Positions 31,729 through 40,414 of a DNA stretch of 64,000 nt are shown here, piece after piece. The translations under genes were made by a program, and so were the position numbers. How positions within the stretch are numbered: position 1 is the stretch's first letter; every line of letters starts with the position of its first letter. The notes beneath the pieces are model-generated. The model made no database searches, had not been told where the DNA came from, and saw only the letters and a program-made list of their open reading frames with translations. Source of the stretch: an uncultured Acidobacteriota bacterium (GTDB taxonomy: Bacteria; Acidobacteriota; Thermoanaerobaculia; Multivoradales; SZUA-115); NCBI GenBank assembly GCA_963805975.1, contig CAWDVR010000002.1:1120001-1184000 (forward strand). The letters are read 5' to 3'.

Positions 31729-31765
31729 TGCGCTGTGGCGGGCACGTCCCACCTGCCACAGCGCA
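31729..31765. terminator. Strong hairpin (possible terminator or RNA 3' end)
   Basis: TGCGCTGTGGC...GCCACAGCGCA 11-bp perfect stem; no U-tract. Confidence 0.45.
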
Positions 31766-31829
31766 CTCCCCCTCCTCACCGACGGAAAGTTCAAGCCGGC
31801 GGCAAAAGGCCGCGCGCTATGATCGATCG

Positions 31830-32840
31830 GTGCCGGATGTCACGGACCGCCTGCGACGGCCGCTCCACGATCTGCGGATCTCGGTCACCGACCGCTGCAA
31901 CTTCCGCTGCCCGTACTGCATGCCGCGAGAGGTCTTCGGCCCCGGATTCGAGTTCCTGCGCCGTGCCGAGCTCCTGACCTACGAAGAGATCCATCGCCTC
32001 GCCAGGGTCTTCGTCCGCCTGGGGGTGCGCAAGATCCGCCTCACGGGGGGCGAGCCCCTGGTGCGTCGCGATCTGCCCGAGCTGGTCGGGCTCCTCGCCG
32101 GCATCGAGGGCCTCGAGGACCTGACGCTCACCACCAACGGCACCCTCCTCGCTCCCCTGGCCGCGAAGCTGCGGGCGGCGGGGCTCGACCGCGTCACCAT
32201 CAGCCTCGACTCGCTCGACGAGGCGGTCTTCCGCCGCATGAGCGACACCCACCTGCTGCCCGGCGAGGTGCTCGCCGGCATCGAGGCGGCGGCCGCCGCG
32301 GGCCTCGCGCCGATCAAGGTCAACACCGTGGTGGTGCGCGGCGTCAACGACCACACGATCGTCGACCTCGCCCGCCACTTCCAGGGCACGGGCGTCATCG
32401 TGCGCTTCATCGAGTACATGGACGTGGGCAACAGCAACCGCTGGTGCCTCGACCAGGTGGTGCCGGCGAGAGAGATCCTGGAGCGGATCGGCGCCGAGCT
32501 GCCGCTCGAGCCGATCGAGCCCAACTACCGGGGCGAGGTCGCCCGGCGCTGGCGCTACCGGGACGGGAGCGGCGAGATCGGCATCATCGCCTCGGTCACC
32601 GCCCCCTTCTGCGGCGACTGCAGCCGCGCCCGCCTGTCGTCGGACGGCAAGCTCTTCACCTGCCTGTTCGCGAGCCAGGGCCACGATCTGCGCGCCCTGG
32701 TCCGCGCCGGTCTGAGCGCGGCCGACCTCGAGCGCGAGGTGGCCGCGCTGTGGCGGGCGCGAGGCGACCGCTACTCCGAGATCCGCTCGGAGGCCACCTG
32801 GGAGCGGCAGAAGGTCGAGATGTCGCACATCGGGGGCTAG
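31830..32840 (+). CDS. moaA: GTP 3',8-cyclase MoaA
   Basis: LRISVTDRCNFRCPYCMP (CxxxCxxC), RFIEYMD, FCGDC.R.R, C-terminal MSHIGG; GTG start. Confidence 0.96.
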   Translation: MPDVTDRLRRPLHDLRISVTDRCNFRCPYCMPREVFGPGFEFLRRAELLTYEEIHRLARVFVRLGVRKIRLTGGEPLVRRDLPELVGLLAGIEGLEDLTLTTNGTLLAPLAAKLRAAGLDRVTISLDSLDEAVFRRMSDTHLLPGEVLAGIEAAAAAGLAPIKVNTVVVRGVNDHTIVDLARHFQGTGVIVRFIEYMDVGNSNRWCLDQVVPAREILERIGAELPLEPIEPNYRGEVARRWRYRDGSGEIGIIASVTAPFCGDCSRARLSSDGKLFTCLFASQGHDLRALVRAGLSAADLEREVAALWRARGDRYSEIRSEATWERQKVEMSHIGG

Positions 32841-32843
32841 AAG

Positions 32844-33695
32844 ATGCGCCGGCTCTCCCCCATCGCGCTGGTGCTCGCCGCCCTGTTCGGTGCCCCGGCG
32901 GCAGAGGCCGCGGGCGCGCCCGCGGCGCTCACCGCGGCGCCGGGCACGGTGGTGCGCTGGCCGGGCGCCGGCATCGAGCGCTGCGGCATGGGGGGCGAGG
33001 AGTGGGTACCGATCGCCGGCGCCTGCTGGTACGCGATCGACCTGCTGACCCCGCCGGGGCCGCTCGAGCTCTCGCGGCGGCGCGAGGGCGGGCGCGAGAA
33101 GGCGGTGGTGACGGTCGGCAAGTACCCCTACGAGACGCAGTCGCTCCAGGTGGACGACCGCCAGGTGCACCTCTCGCCGGCCGACCTGGCGCGGAGCGAA
33201 CGGGAGTCCGCGGCCGTGGGCAAGCTCTGGGGCCGGCGGGGCGAGCCCCGCTTCGCGCTGCCGCTCGGCGCCCCGCTCGCCCGCCTGCCCGAGAGCGCGC
33301 GCTTCGGGGCCCGGCGCGTGTTCAACGGCGAGACGCGGAGCCCGCACAGCGGCGCCGACTACAAGGCCGCCACGGGCACGCCGGTGATGGCCGTCGCCGA
33401 CGCCACCGTGGCGCTCGCCGCCGACCACTTCTTCTCGGGCGGCAGCGTCTTCCTGGACCACGGCGACGGCCTCTTCAGCATGTACTTCCATCTGAGCAAG
33501 ATCGACGTCAAAGCGGGCGCCGAGGTGCGGCGCGGGCAAAAGATCGGCGAGGTCGGCTCGACCGGCCGCGCCACCGGCCCCCACCTCCACTTCGGGCTGC
33601 GCTGGCGCGGCGCCCGCATCGATCCCACGCTGCTCCTGGGCGATCCCGCGAGAGTGAGCGCGATCGGCCCCTCATCCCAGCCCTCTCCCCGCTGA
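32844..33695 (+). CDS. M23 family metallopeptidase, exported
   Basis: Signal peptide; HSGAD (HxxxD), SMYFHLS, TGPHLH (HxH). Confidence 0.92.
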   Translation: MRRLSPIALVLAALFGAPAAEAAGAPAALTAAPGTVVRWPGAGIERCGMGGEEWVPIAGACWYAIDLLTPPGPLELSRRREGGREKAVVTVGKYPYETQSLQVDDRQVHLSPADLARSERESAAVGKLWGRRGEPRFALPLGAPLARLPESARFGARRVFNGETRSPHSGADYKAATGTPVMAVADATVALAADHFFSGGSVFLDHGDGLFSMYFHLSKIDVKAGAEVRRGQKIGEVGSTGRATGPHLHFGLRWRGARIDPTLLLGDPARVSAIGPSSQPSPR

Positions 33696-33706
33696 GCCGG
33701 GCAAGG
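33668..33706. repeat. Degenerate half copy of the palindromic element overlapping the M23 gene 3' end
   Basis: CCCCTCATCCCAGCCCTCTCCCCGC.. matches the element arm and supplies the last codons and the TGA. Confidence 0.6.
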
Positions 33707-33718
33707 CGGCCAGCTCTC

Positions 33719-34180
33719 GTGTCAGAAGTTCTCCGCAAGAAGCTCCTGCCGCGCATCGGCTGGCGCGAATGGGTGGCTCTGCCGCGGCTCGGCGTGCCGT
33801 ACGTCAAGGCCAAGGTGGACACCGGCGCCCGCAGCTCCGCCCTCCACGCCTCCGACGTGCGACCTGTGCAGCGCGACGGCGAGCCCTGGGTGCAGTTCCG
33901 CATCCAGCCCTTGCAGCGCGAGGCGCGGTTGTCGGTGCTGGTGGAGGCGCCGCTCGTCGACGAGCGCTGGGTGCGCTCCTCCACCGGCCGGCCCACCCTG
34001 CGGCCGGTGATCAAGACCACGATCACCCTCGGCGGGCGGAGCTGGCCGATCGAGATCACGCTGGTGCGGCGCGACCTGATGGGATTTCGTATGCTCCTCG
34101 GCCGGCAGGCGATCCGGAACCGCTTCCTGGTTCACCCCGGCCGCTCGTTTCTTGCCGGCGGCATGCCCCCATCCCTCTGA
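33719..34180 (+). CDS. RimB-like retropepsin-fold protease (annotated family 'ATP-dependent zinc protease')
   Basis: [29 protein letters not shown] motifs; precedes rimK. Confidence 0.88.
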   Translation: MSEVLRKKLLPRIGWREWVALPRLGVPYVKAKVDTGARSSALHASDVRPVQRDGEPWVQFRIQPLQREARLSVLVEAPLVDERWVRSSTGRPTLRPVIKTTITLGGRSWPIEITLVRRDLMGFRMLLGRQAIRNRFLVHPGRSFLAGGMPPSL

Positions 34181-34191
34181 GGAGCTCCATC

Positions 34192-35097
34192 ATGAAGATC
34201 GGCATCCTGTCGCGCGATCCCGCTCTCTACTCCACCTCCCGCCTGCGCGAGGCCGGCGAGGCGCGCGGCCACGAGGTCGAGGTGGTCGACTACCTGCGCT
34301 GCTACATGAACATCACCTCGCGCGAGCCGGCGGTGATCTACCGCGGCCGGCGCCTCCGCTTCGACGCCGTGATCCCCCGGATCGGCGCCACCCACACTTT
34401 CTACGGCACGGCCGTGGTGCGGCAGTTCGAGGTGATGGGCGTGTATCTCGGCCAACGAGTCGCAGGCCATCACCCGCTCGCGCGACAAGCTGCGCTCGCT
34501 GCAGCTCCTCTCCCGGGCCGGCATCGGCCTGCCGGTCACCGGCTTCGCCCACTCGACCAAGGACATCGACGACCTGATCGAGAGCGTGGGCGGGCCGCCG
34601 CTGATCATCAAGCTGCTCGAGGGCACGCAGGGCATCGGCGTGGTGCTCGCCGAGACCAAGCAGGCCGCGGAGTCGGTGATCGCCGCCTTCCGCCAGCTCG
34701 ACGCCAACATCCTCGTCCAGGAGTTCATCAAGGAGGCCGGCGGCGCCGACATCCGCGCCTTCGTGGTCGGCGGCAAGGTGGTCGCCGCCATGAAGCGGCA
34801 GGCGCCGCCCGGCGAGTTCCGCTCGAACCTCCACCGCGGCGGCACTGCCGAGAAGGTGAAGCTCACCCCCGAGGAGCGCTCGATCGCCGTGCGCGCGGCG
34901 AAGACCCTGGGGCTCAACGTCGCCGGCGTCGACCTGCTGCGCTCGAACCACGGCCCGGTGGTGATGGAGGTCAACTCGAGCGCCCGGCCTCGAAGGGCAT
35001 CGAGCGCGCCACGGGGATCGACGTCGCGGCCAAGGTGATCGCGCTGCTCGAAAAGAGCACCCTGCCGGGCAGCACCCAGCCCCGCGTGCAGGGTTAG
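34192..35097 (+). pseudogene. rimK: Ribosomal protein S6 L-glutamate ligase with three +1 insertions (probable assembly errors)
   Basis: [14 protein letters not shown] and DAVIPRIG, then shifted [45 protein letters not shown]; frame restored at GIERATG. Confidence 0.9.
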
Positions 35098-35292
35098 TCG
35101 CTGCCGTAACGTTAGCTCGACCCACCGGCCTATCCCTCGTGCGCTCGCCGGACGAGCGACGCGCGAACGCTCCAAGAGCATGTCCGTGCTCAAGAGAAGG
35201 TTACTGGAAATGAAGCATTGCGCGGCCCGTGACGGAGCAAAAAATCGAGATAGGGTTCAGGGTTCGGGACCGGCAAGCAAGGAGAGAAAGCC

Positions 35293-35556
35293 ATGGACAC
35301 GACTGAGATCCGCGCCAAGATCAAGCAGATCATTGCCAACGTCACCAACATCGATCCCACGAGGATCGGCGATCGCGACTCGTTCATCGACGACCTGAAC
35401 CTCGACTCGCTGTCGCTGCTCGAGATCGGCGTCGACGTGGACTACAACTTCAAGCTCAACCTGCCCGAAGACCGCATGCGCGAGCTGCGCACGGTGGAGG
35501 ACACCACCAACCTGGTGCTGTCGCGGCAGCGCGAGCTGGCGGAGGTCGCCTCCTGA
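35293..35556 (+). CDS. Acyl carrier protein
   Basis: 87 aa, acidic, DLNLDSLSLLE phosphopantetheine Ser motif; AAGGAG RBS. Confidence 0.92.
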   Translation: MDTTEIRAKIKQIIANVTNIDPTRIGDRDSFIDDLNLDSLSLLEIGVDVDYNFKLNLPEDRMRELRTVEDTTNLVLSRQRELAEVAS

Positions 35557-36806
35557 TGCCACGGACGCGGGACGGCCGCCTGCGGGTCGCCGTCACCGGC
35601 ATCGGCGCCGTGACCTCGATCGGCGTCGGCCGCCAAGCGGTGTGGGCGAGCCTGCTCGCAGGCAGGTGCGGCACCTCCCCCGTCGAGTCCTTCGACACCG
35701 GCCGCTACAACGTGAAGCAGGGCGGCGAGATCAAGAGCTTCGCCGCCCAGGGGTATCTGCGGACACTAGAGGCTGCGGCCCTCGGCCGTGCCTCGCAGCT
35801 CGCCGCCGCCGCCGCCCGACTGGCGCTCGAGGACGGCGGGCTCGAGGTGGACGACTTCGAGGCCTTGGGCCTCGACCCGGCGCGCGCCGGCGTCGCCATG
35901 GGCACCACCTCCGGCGAGCCGCAGGAGGTCGAGCGGCTCGACGATCACCTGGTGGCCGGCAACCTGGAGCAGGCGGGGCGAGGGTTCATCCGCCGCTACC
36001 CCTGTCACGTGATCGCCGCCCACGTCGCCGGCGAGGTCGGCTTCGGCGGCGTCAACGTGATGATCCCCACCGCCTGCGCGGCGGGCAACTACGCCATCGC
36101 CTACGCCCTGGACGCGCTGCGGGCCGGGCGCGCGGACGTGATGCTCGCCGGCGGCGCCGACTGCTTCTCGCGCATCACCTACACCGGCTTCGCGCGGCTG
36201 GGGGCGATCGCCCCGGACGTCTGCCGCCCGTTCGACAAGAACCGCCAGGGCATGATTCCCGGCGAGGGCGCGGCCGTGCTGCTGCTCGAGCCGCTGGATC
36301 GCGCCCGGGGGCGCGGCGCCCGGATCTACGCCGAGGTGGCGGGCTACGGCCTCTCCTGCGACGCGCACCACATGACGGCGGCGCACCCGGAGGGGGAGGG
36401 CGCGGCGCGGGCCATGGAGCGGGCGCTCGCGATGAGCGGCCTCACGCCGGCGGACGTCTCCTACGTGAGCGCCCACGGCACCGGCACGCCGACCAACGAC
36501 CGCCTGGAGGCGATCGCCGTCAAGCGGGTGTTCGGCGAGCGCTCGCGGACCACGCCGATGAGCTCCGTCAAATCCATGCTCGGCCACACCATGGGCGCCG
36601 CCTCGGCGATCGAGGCCGCGGTCTGCGCGCTGGCGGTGGCGGAGGACCGCGTGCCGCCGACCATCCACTTCGAAGAGGCCGACCCCGAGATCGAGGTCGA
36701 CTGCGTGCCCAACGTGGCGCGCGACTTCCCGGTCCACGTGGCGATGAACAACGCCTACGCTTTCGGCGGCAACAACGCCTCGACGGTTTTCCGCAAGTGC
36801 AACTAG
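35556..36806 (+). CDS. Beta-ketoacyl-ACP synthase (FabF-like KS), catalytically intact
   Basis: Cys-His-His triad: PTACAAG, SAHGTGT, KSMLGHT; AFGGNNA. Confidence 0.92.
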   Translation: MPRTRDGRLRVAVTGIGAVTSIGVGRQAVWASLLAGRCGTSPVESFDTGRYNVKQGGEIKSFAAQGYLRTLEAAALGRASQLAAAAARLALEDGGLEVDDFEALGLDPARAGVAMGTTSGEPQEVERLDDHLVAGNLEQAGRGFIRRYPCHVIAAHVAGEVGFGGVNVMIPTACAAGNYAIAYALDALRAGRADVMLAGGADCFSRITYTGFARLGAIAPDVCRPFDKNRQGMIPGEGAAVLLLEPLDRARGRGARIYAEVAGYGLSCDAHHMTAAHPEGEGAARAMERALAMSGLTPADVSYVSAHGTGTPTNDRLEAIAVKRVFGERSRTTPMSSVKSMLGHTMGAASAIEAAVCALAVAEDRVPPTIHFEEADPEIEVDCVPNVARDFPVHVAMNNAYAFGGNNASTVFRKCN

Positions 36807-38050
36807 GCAGCGGCGAGCGGCGCGTGGTGATCACCGGGGTGGGATTGATCTCCCCCCTGGGCGACTCCGTGTGCGCTTTCAACGAGTCTTTGCGCGCCGG
36901 CACCGTGGCCCTGGGGCCGGTCGAGCTCTTCCCGCTCGACGGCCTGCCGCCGTACCACGCCGGCGAGATCAAGGGGTTCGACCCGGCGACCTACTTCGGC
37001 GACCGCAACTACCGGCCCCTCGACCGCAACTCGCGCCTCGCGACCGTCGCCGCCCAGTTGGCGCTCAGCGCGAGCGGGCTCGCCCTCCCCGCGGCGCGAA
37101 GCGAGCGCATCGGCCTCGTGCTGGGCACGATGTTCGGCAGCGTACGCACCATCGCCGAGTTCGACCGCCGCGGCCTGACCGCGGGCCCGTCTTACGTCAA
37201 GCCGCTCGACTTCGCCAACAGCGTGATCAACGCCCCGGCCGGCCAGACCGCGATCTGGCACGGGCTGGCCGGCGTCAACTCGACGATCACCGGCGGCGCC
37301 ACGGCCGGCGTGCAGGCGATCGCCTACGCCGCGGACCTGATCCGCGCCGGCCATGCGCCGGTGCTCCTCGCCGGCGGTGCGGACGAGCTGTCGTACGAGT
37401 CGCTCCTCGGCTTCGACCGTGCCGGTCTCCTACATCCCGCGGGCGACGGCTTTCCCGTGCCCTTCGCGAGCGGCCGCGCCGGCTTCGCGCTGGGCGAAGG
37501 CGCCGCGTTGCTGGTGCTCGAGGAGCGGACCTCGGCCGAGCGCCGCGGGGCGCCGATCCTCGCCGAGGTCTCCGGGCACGGCTCCGCTTTCGACACTTCG
37601 CTCGGCACCAGCGAGAGCGCTGCGTCCGAAGCCCTGGAACGCGCCATCCGCCTGGCCCTCGACGATGCGGGGATCGACGTGGCGGAGATCGGTGCCATAT
37701 CTTGCGGTGCCGCCGGCAGCGTCGCCGGGGACCGCGCCGAGGCGCTGGGGATCGCGGCGGCGCTGGGCGCGGCGGCGCGCCGGGTGCCCGTTTTCGCGGT
37801 CAAGGCCCACCTCGGCGAGACCCTGGGGGCGGCGGGCGGCTTCCAGGCCGCCGCGCTCCTGGGCGCTTTCGCGAGCGGCACCGTGCCCGGCATCCCCGGC
37901 CTCGGCAACCACGGCCTCGCGAGCACCGATCCCGAGATCCCGCTGGCTCTCGGTTCCGCGCCGCGCGCCGCCGAGGTCCGCCACGGCCTGGTCACGGCGA
38001 TGGGGCTCGACGGCCAGGTCTCCGCCGTCGTCCTGTCGAGACCCGTATGA
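36797..38050 (+). CDS. Catalytically inactive KS homologue (chain-length-factor-like)
   Basis: RRVVITGVG..SPLG and GEGAALLVLE retained, but Cys replaced (TGGATAG) and both His replaced (ISCGAAG, KAHLGET). Confidence 0.85.
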   Translation: MQLGSGERRVVITGVGLISPLGDSVCAFNESLRAGTVALGPVELFPLDGLPPYHAGEIKGFDPATYFGDRNYRPLDRNSRLATVAAQLALSASGLALPAARSERIGLVLGTMFGSVRTIAEFDRRGLTAGPSYVKPLDFANSVINAPAGQTAIWHGLAGVNSTITGGATAGVQAIAYAADLIRAGHAPVLLAGGADELSYESLLGFDRAGLLHPAGDGFPVPFASGRAGFALGEGAALLVLEERTSAERRGAPILAEVSGHGSAFDTSLGTSESAASEALERAIRLALDDAGIDVAEIGAISCGAAGSVAGDRAEALGIAAALGAAARRVPVFAVKAHLGETLGAAGGFQAAALLGAFASGTVPGIPGLGNHGLASTDPEIPLALGSAPRAAEVRHGLVTAMGLDGQVSAVVLSRPV

Positions 38051-38562
38051 AGAGCGCTCGCCGGCGGCTGTGCCCGACGCTCCTGGCCGTGCTCGGCCTG
38101 CTCGCACTGGCCGGAGGCTGCCGGCGCGACCTCGGGCCGACGATCGCGGTCGGCGAGCCGGCGCCCGTCTTCGAGCTGGACGACCTCTCCGGCGGCACCC
38201 TCGGCAGCACGGAGCTGGCCGGCGAGCTGGTGGTGGTCAACTTCTGGGCCACCTGGTGCGGCCCTTGCCGGCGGGAGATCCCGGCTCTCAAGGAGCTCGA
38301 CGCGCAGCCGGACGTGCGGGTGGTGGGCATCAGCCTCGACATCGATGCCACTGCAGAGGTGCAGAAGTTCGTGGACAAGAACCGGATCGGCTACACGGTG
38401 CTCCTCGGCAACGAGGCAGTGGCGGGGAGCTATCGGGTGACGGCGATCCCCACCACCGTGGTGCTCGACCGCGCGCAGAAAGTGGTGGGCGTCTACCGCG
38501 GGCTGGTCTCCCGGCGGACGCTCGAAGCGGCGCTGGATCGCGCCCGCAAAGCAACGGCTTGA
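38047..38562 (+). CDS. TlpA-family thioredoxin-like lipoprotein
   Basis: Lipobox LAGGC; VNFWATWCGPC..EIP; IPTT motif. Confidence 0.9.
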   Translation: MKSARRRLCPTLLAVLGLLALAGGCRRDLGPTIAVGEPAPVFELDDLSGGTLGSTELAGELVVVNFWATWCGPCRREIPALKELDAQPDVRVVGISLDIDATAEVQKFVDKNRIGYTVLLGNEAVAGSYRVTAIPTTVVLDRAQKVVGVYRGLVSRRTLEAALDRARKATA

Positions 38563-38599
38563 GAGCGATCGAACATCGGGTTCGAGGAAGGAGCTGGCG

Positions 38600-40414
38600 A
38601 TGAAAGACAAGGCATTGCAACACCAGAAGAGCAAGCGCATGCCGGAGGACGGCGAGCACTTCGACGTCGCCATCCTGGGCGGCGGTCTCGCCGGCGCGTG
38701 CCTGGCGCGCCAGCTCCTGCTCTACAGTGAAAAAAAAGTCGTCATCATCGACAAGCGCGAGGAGCTGCCGGCACCCGGCCAGAAGGTCGGCGAGGCCACG
38801 GTGCAGGCCTCGGCCTTCTACTACAGCAAGGTGCTGGACCTCGAAGAGCACCTGCTCTGCGACCACCTGATGAAGTACAACCTCCGCTTCTACTGGAAGT
38901 CGGCCGGCCGCGACAACCGCAACATGGAGGACTTCGGCCAGGGCTACATCCGCTATCTCTCGAACATCGCCTGCTACCAGCTCGACCGCAACCGCATCGA
39001 GGCCGAGACGCTGCGCCTGAACCTCGAGAACGAGCGCTTCACCCTGGCGGCGCCGACGAAAAACCTCGACATCCAGCTCGCCAAGCCGGGCCCCCATCGC
39101 CTGAGCTTCGACCGCGCCGACGGCGGCAAGGTGAACCTCTCGGCCGATTGGGTGGTGGACTGCTCCGGCCGCGCCCGCATCCTGGCCCACAAGATGGACC
39201 TCGGCCGGCCGGGCTCGATCCGCCACGGCTCGATCTTCATGTGGGTCGACGGCCTGCTCAACATCGAGAAGCTCACCGACCTGCCGCGGCTCGAGATGAT
39301 CCGCAAGCGCGACCGCGCCGCCCTGGGCCACCTGCCCACCTGGCTCGCCACCAACCACTTCTGCGGCGAGGGGTTCTGGTTCTGGGTGATCCCCCTCCAG
39401 GGCCAGACCAGCCTCGGCCTGGTGTTCGACCGCGCGATGATCGACCATCGCGACGTCAACACCCCCGAGAAGCTCATCGACTGGGTGTGCCGCGAGTTCC
39501 CGCTCTTCGAGCGCGACCTGCCGCACCGCAAGATCAACCACTTCGCCGGCATCCCGGACTACGGCTACGACTGCGCGCAGACGATCAGCGCCGACAAATG
39601 GGCCATGGCCGGCATGGCGGGCCGCTTCTCGGACCCCCTCTACTCGCCGGGCGGCGACCTGATCTCGATCTACAACACGCTGATCACCGACGCGATCCTG
39701 ACCGACGACCCGGAGGAGCTCGCCACCAAGGTGCGCTCCTACGAGCAGGTGATGCGCGCCGCCTACGAGGCCTACGTGCCGAGCTTCGCCGACTCCTACA
39801 ACGTGCTCGGCGACCAGGAGGGCTACTGCCTCAAGTACACCTGGGAGCTCGCCATCTACTTCTCCTTCTACGTCTTCCCGTTCATCAACGGCCTCTTCAC
39901 CGACCGCCGCTTCCTGCCCGCGTTCTTCAACCGCTTCGGCCGCCTGGGGCCGATCAACCGCAACCTGCAGACGTTCATCGCCGAGTACGCGCGCTGGGCC
40001 AAGACCGGGCTCACGGCGCCCGAGGAGCCGATCTTCCACGACTTCACGGAGCTGCGGCCCCTGGCGGCGGCGGCCGAGACCTTCTACAAGATGGGCATCG
40101 AGGTCGACGAAGCCAAGCAGGTGCTCGCGGAGCAGCTCGTAAACCTCGAGGAGCTGGCGCGCTTCACCCTCGCCTACCTCACCTCGGTGGTGGTGGGCGA
40201 CGAGGCGGCCGTGCACCACAAGGAGCTCGTGGAGTCGATCGACCTCAACGACTACCGCTTCGACCCCGAGGCGTTGCGCCAGAGGTGGGCGATGGCCGGG
40301 AAGCCCTCCGGGAGCTATGCCTGGCGCCTCGACCCGCGGGCGGCCGAGAAGTTCCGTCGGGCCCGGCGGCTGACCCACGCGGACGTCGAGGCGGAGGCGA
40401 TGGCCGTCTCGTGA
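38600..40414 (+). CDS. Flavin-dependent halogenase-like protein
   Basis: GGGLAG FAD motif, KVGEAT, YQLDR, VDCSGR, halogenase fingerprint WFWVIP (WxWxIP), F.DPLYSPG. Confidence 0.8.
   Translation: MKDKALQHQKSKRMPEDGEHFDVAILGGGLAGACLARQLLLYSEKKVVIIDKREELPAPGQKVGEATVQASAFYYSKVLDLEEHLLCDHLMKYNLRFYWKSAGRDNRNMEDFGQGYIRYLSNIACYQLDRNRIEAETLRLNLENERFTLAAPTKNLDIQLAKPGPHRLSFDRADGGKVNLSADWVVDCSGRARILAHKMDLGRPGSIRHGSIFMWVDGLLNIEKLTDLPRLEMIRKRDRAALGHLPTWLATNHFCGEGFWFWVIPLQGQTSLGLVFDRAMIDHRDVNTPEKLIDWVCREFPLFERDLPHRKINHFAGIPDYGYDCAQTISADKWAMAGMAGRFSDPLYSPGGDLISIYNTLITDAILTDDPEELATKVRSYEQVMRAAYEAYVPSFADSYNVLGDQEGYCLKYTWELAIYFSFYVFPFINGLFTDRRFLPAFFNRFGRLGPINRNLQTFIAEYARWAKTGLTAPEEPIFHDFTELRPLAAAAETFYKMGIEVDEAKQVLAEQLVNLEELARFTLAYLTSVVVGDEAAVHHKELVESIDLNDYRFDPEALRQRWAMAGKPSGSYAWRLDPRAAEKFRRARRLTHADVEAEAMAVS

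Noticed and set aside
33769-35097. 442-aa ORF as a novel RimK fusion, or programmed frameshifting in rimK
   Set aside because: Explained by three +1 insertions that restore the frame; no slippery sites are evident.
33719-35097. rimB-rimK pair as a novel system
   Set aside because: A known gene pair (poly-glutamate ligase plus protease).
35293-36806. Housekeeping acpP-fabF
   Set aside because: No fabD/fabG/fabH/plsX context; followed by a CLF-like gene and tailoring enzymes, and the ACP lacks the typical AcpP DSLDxVE motif.
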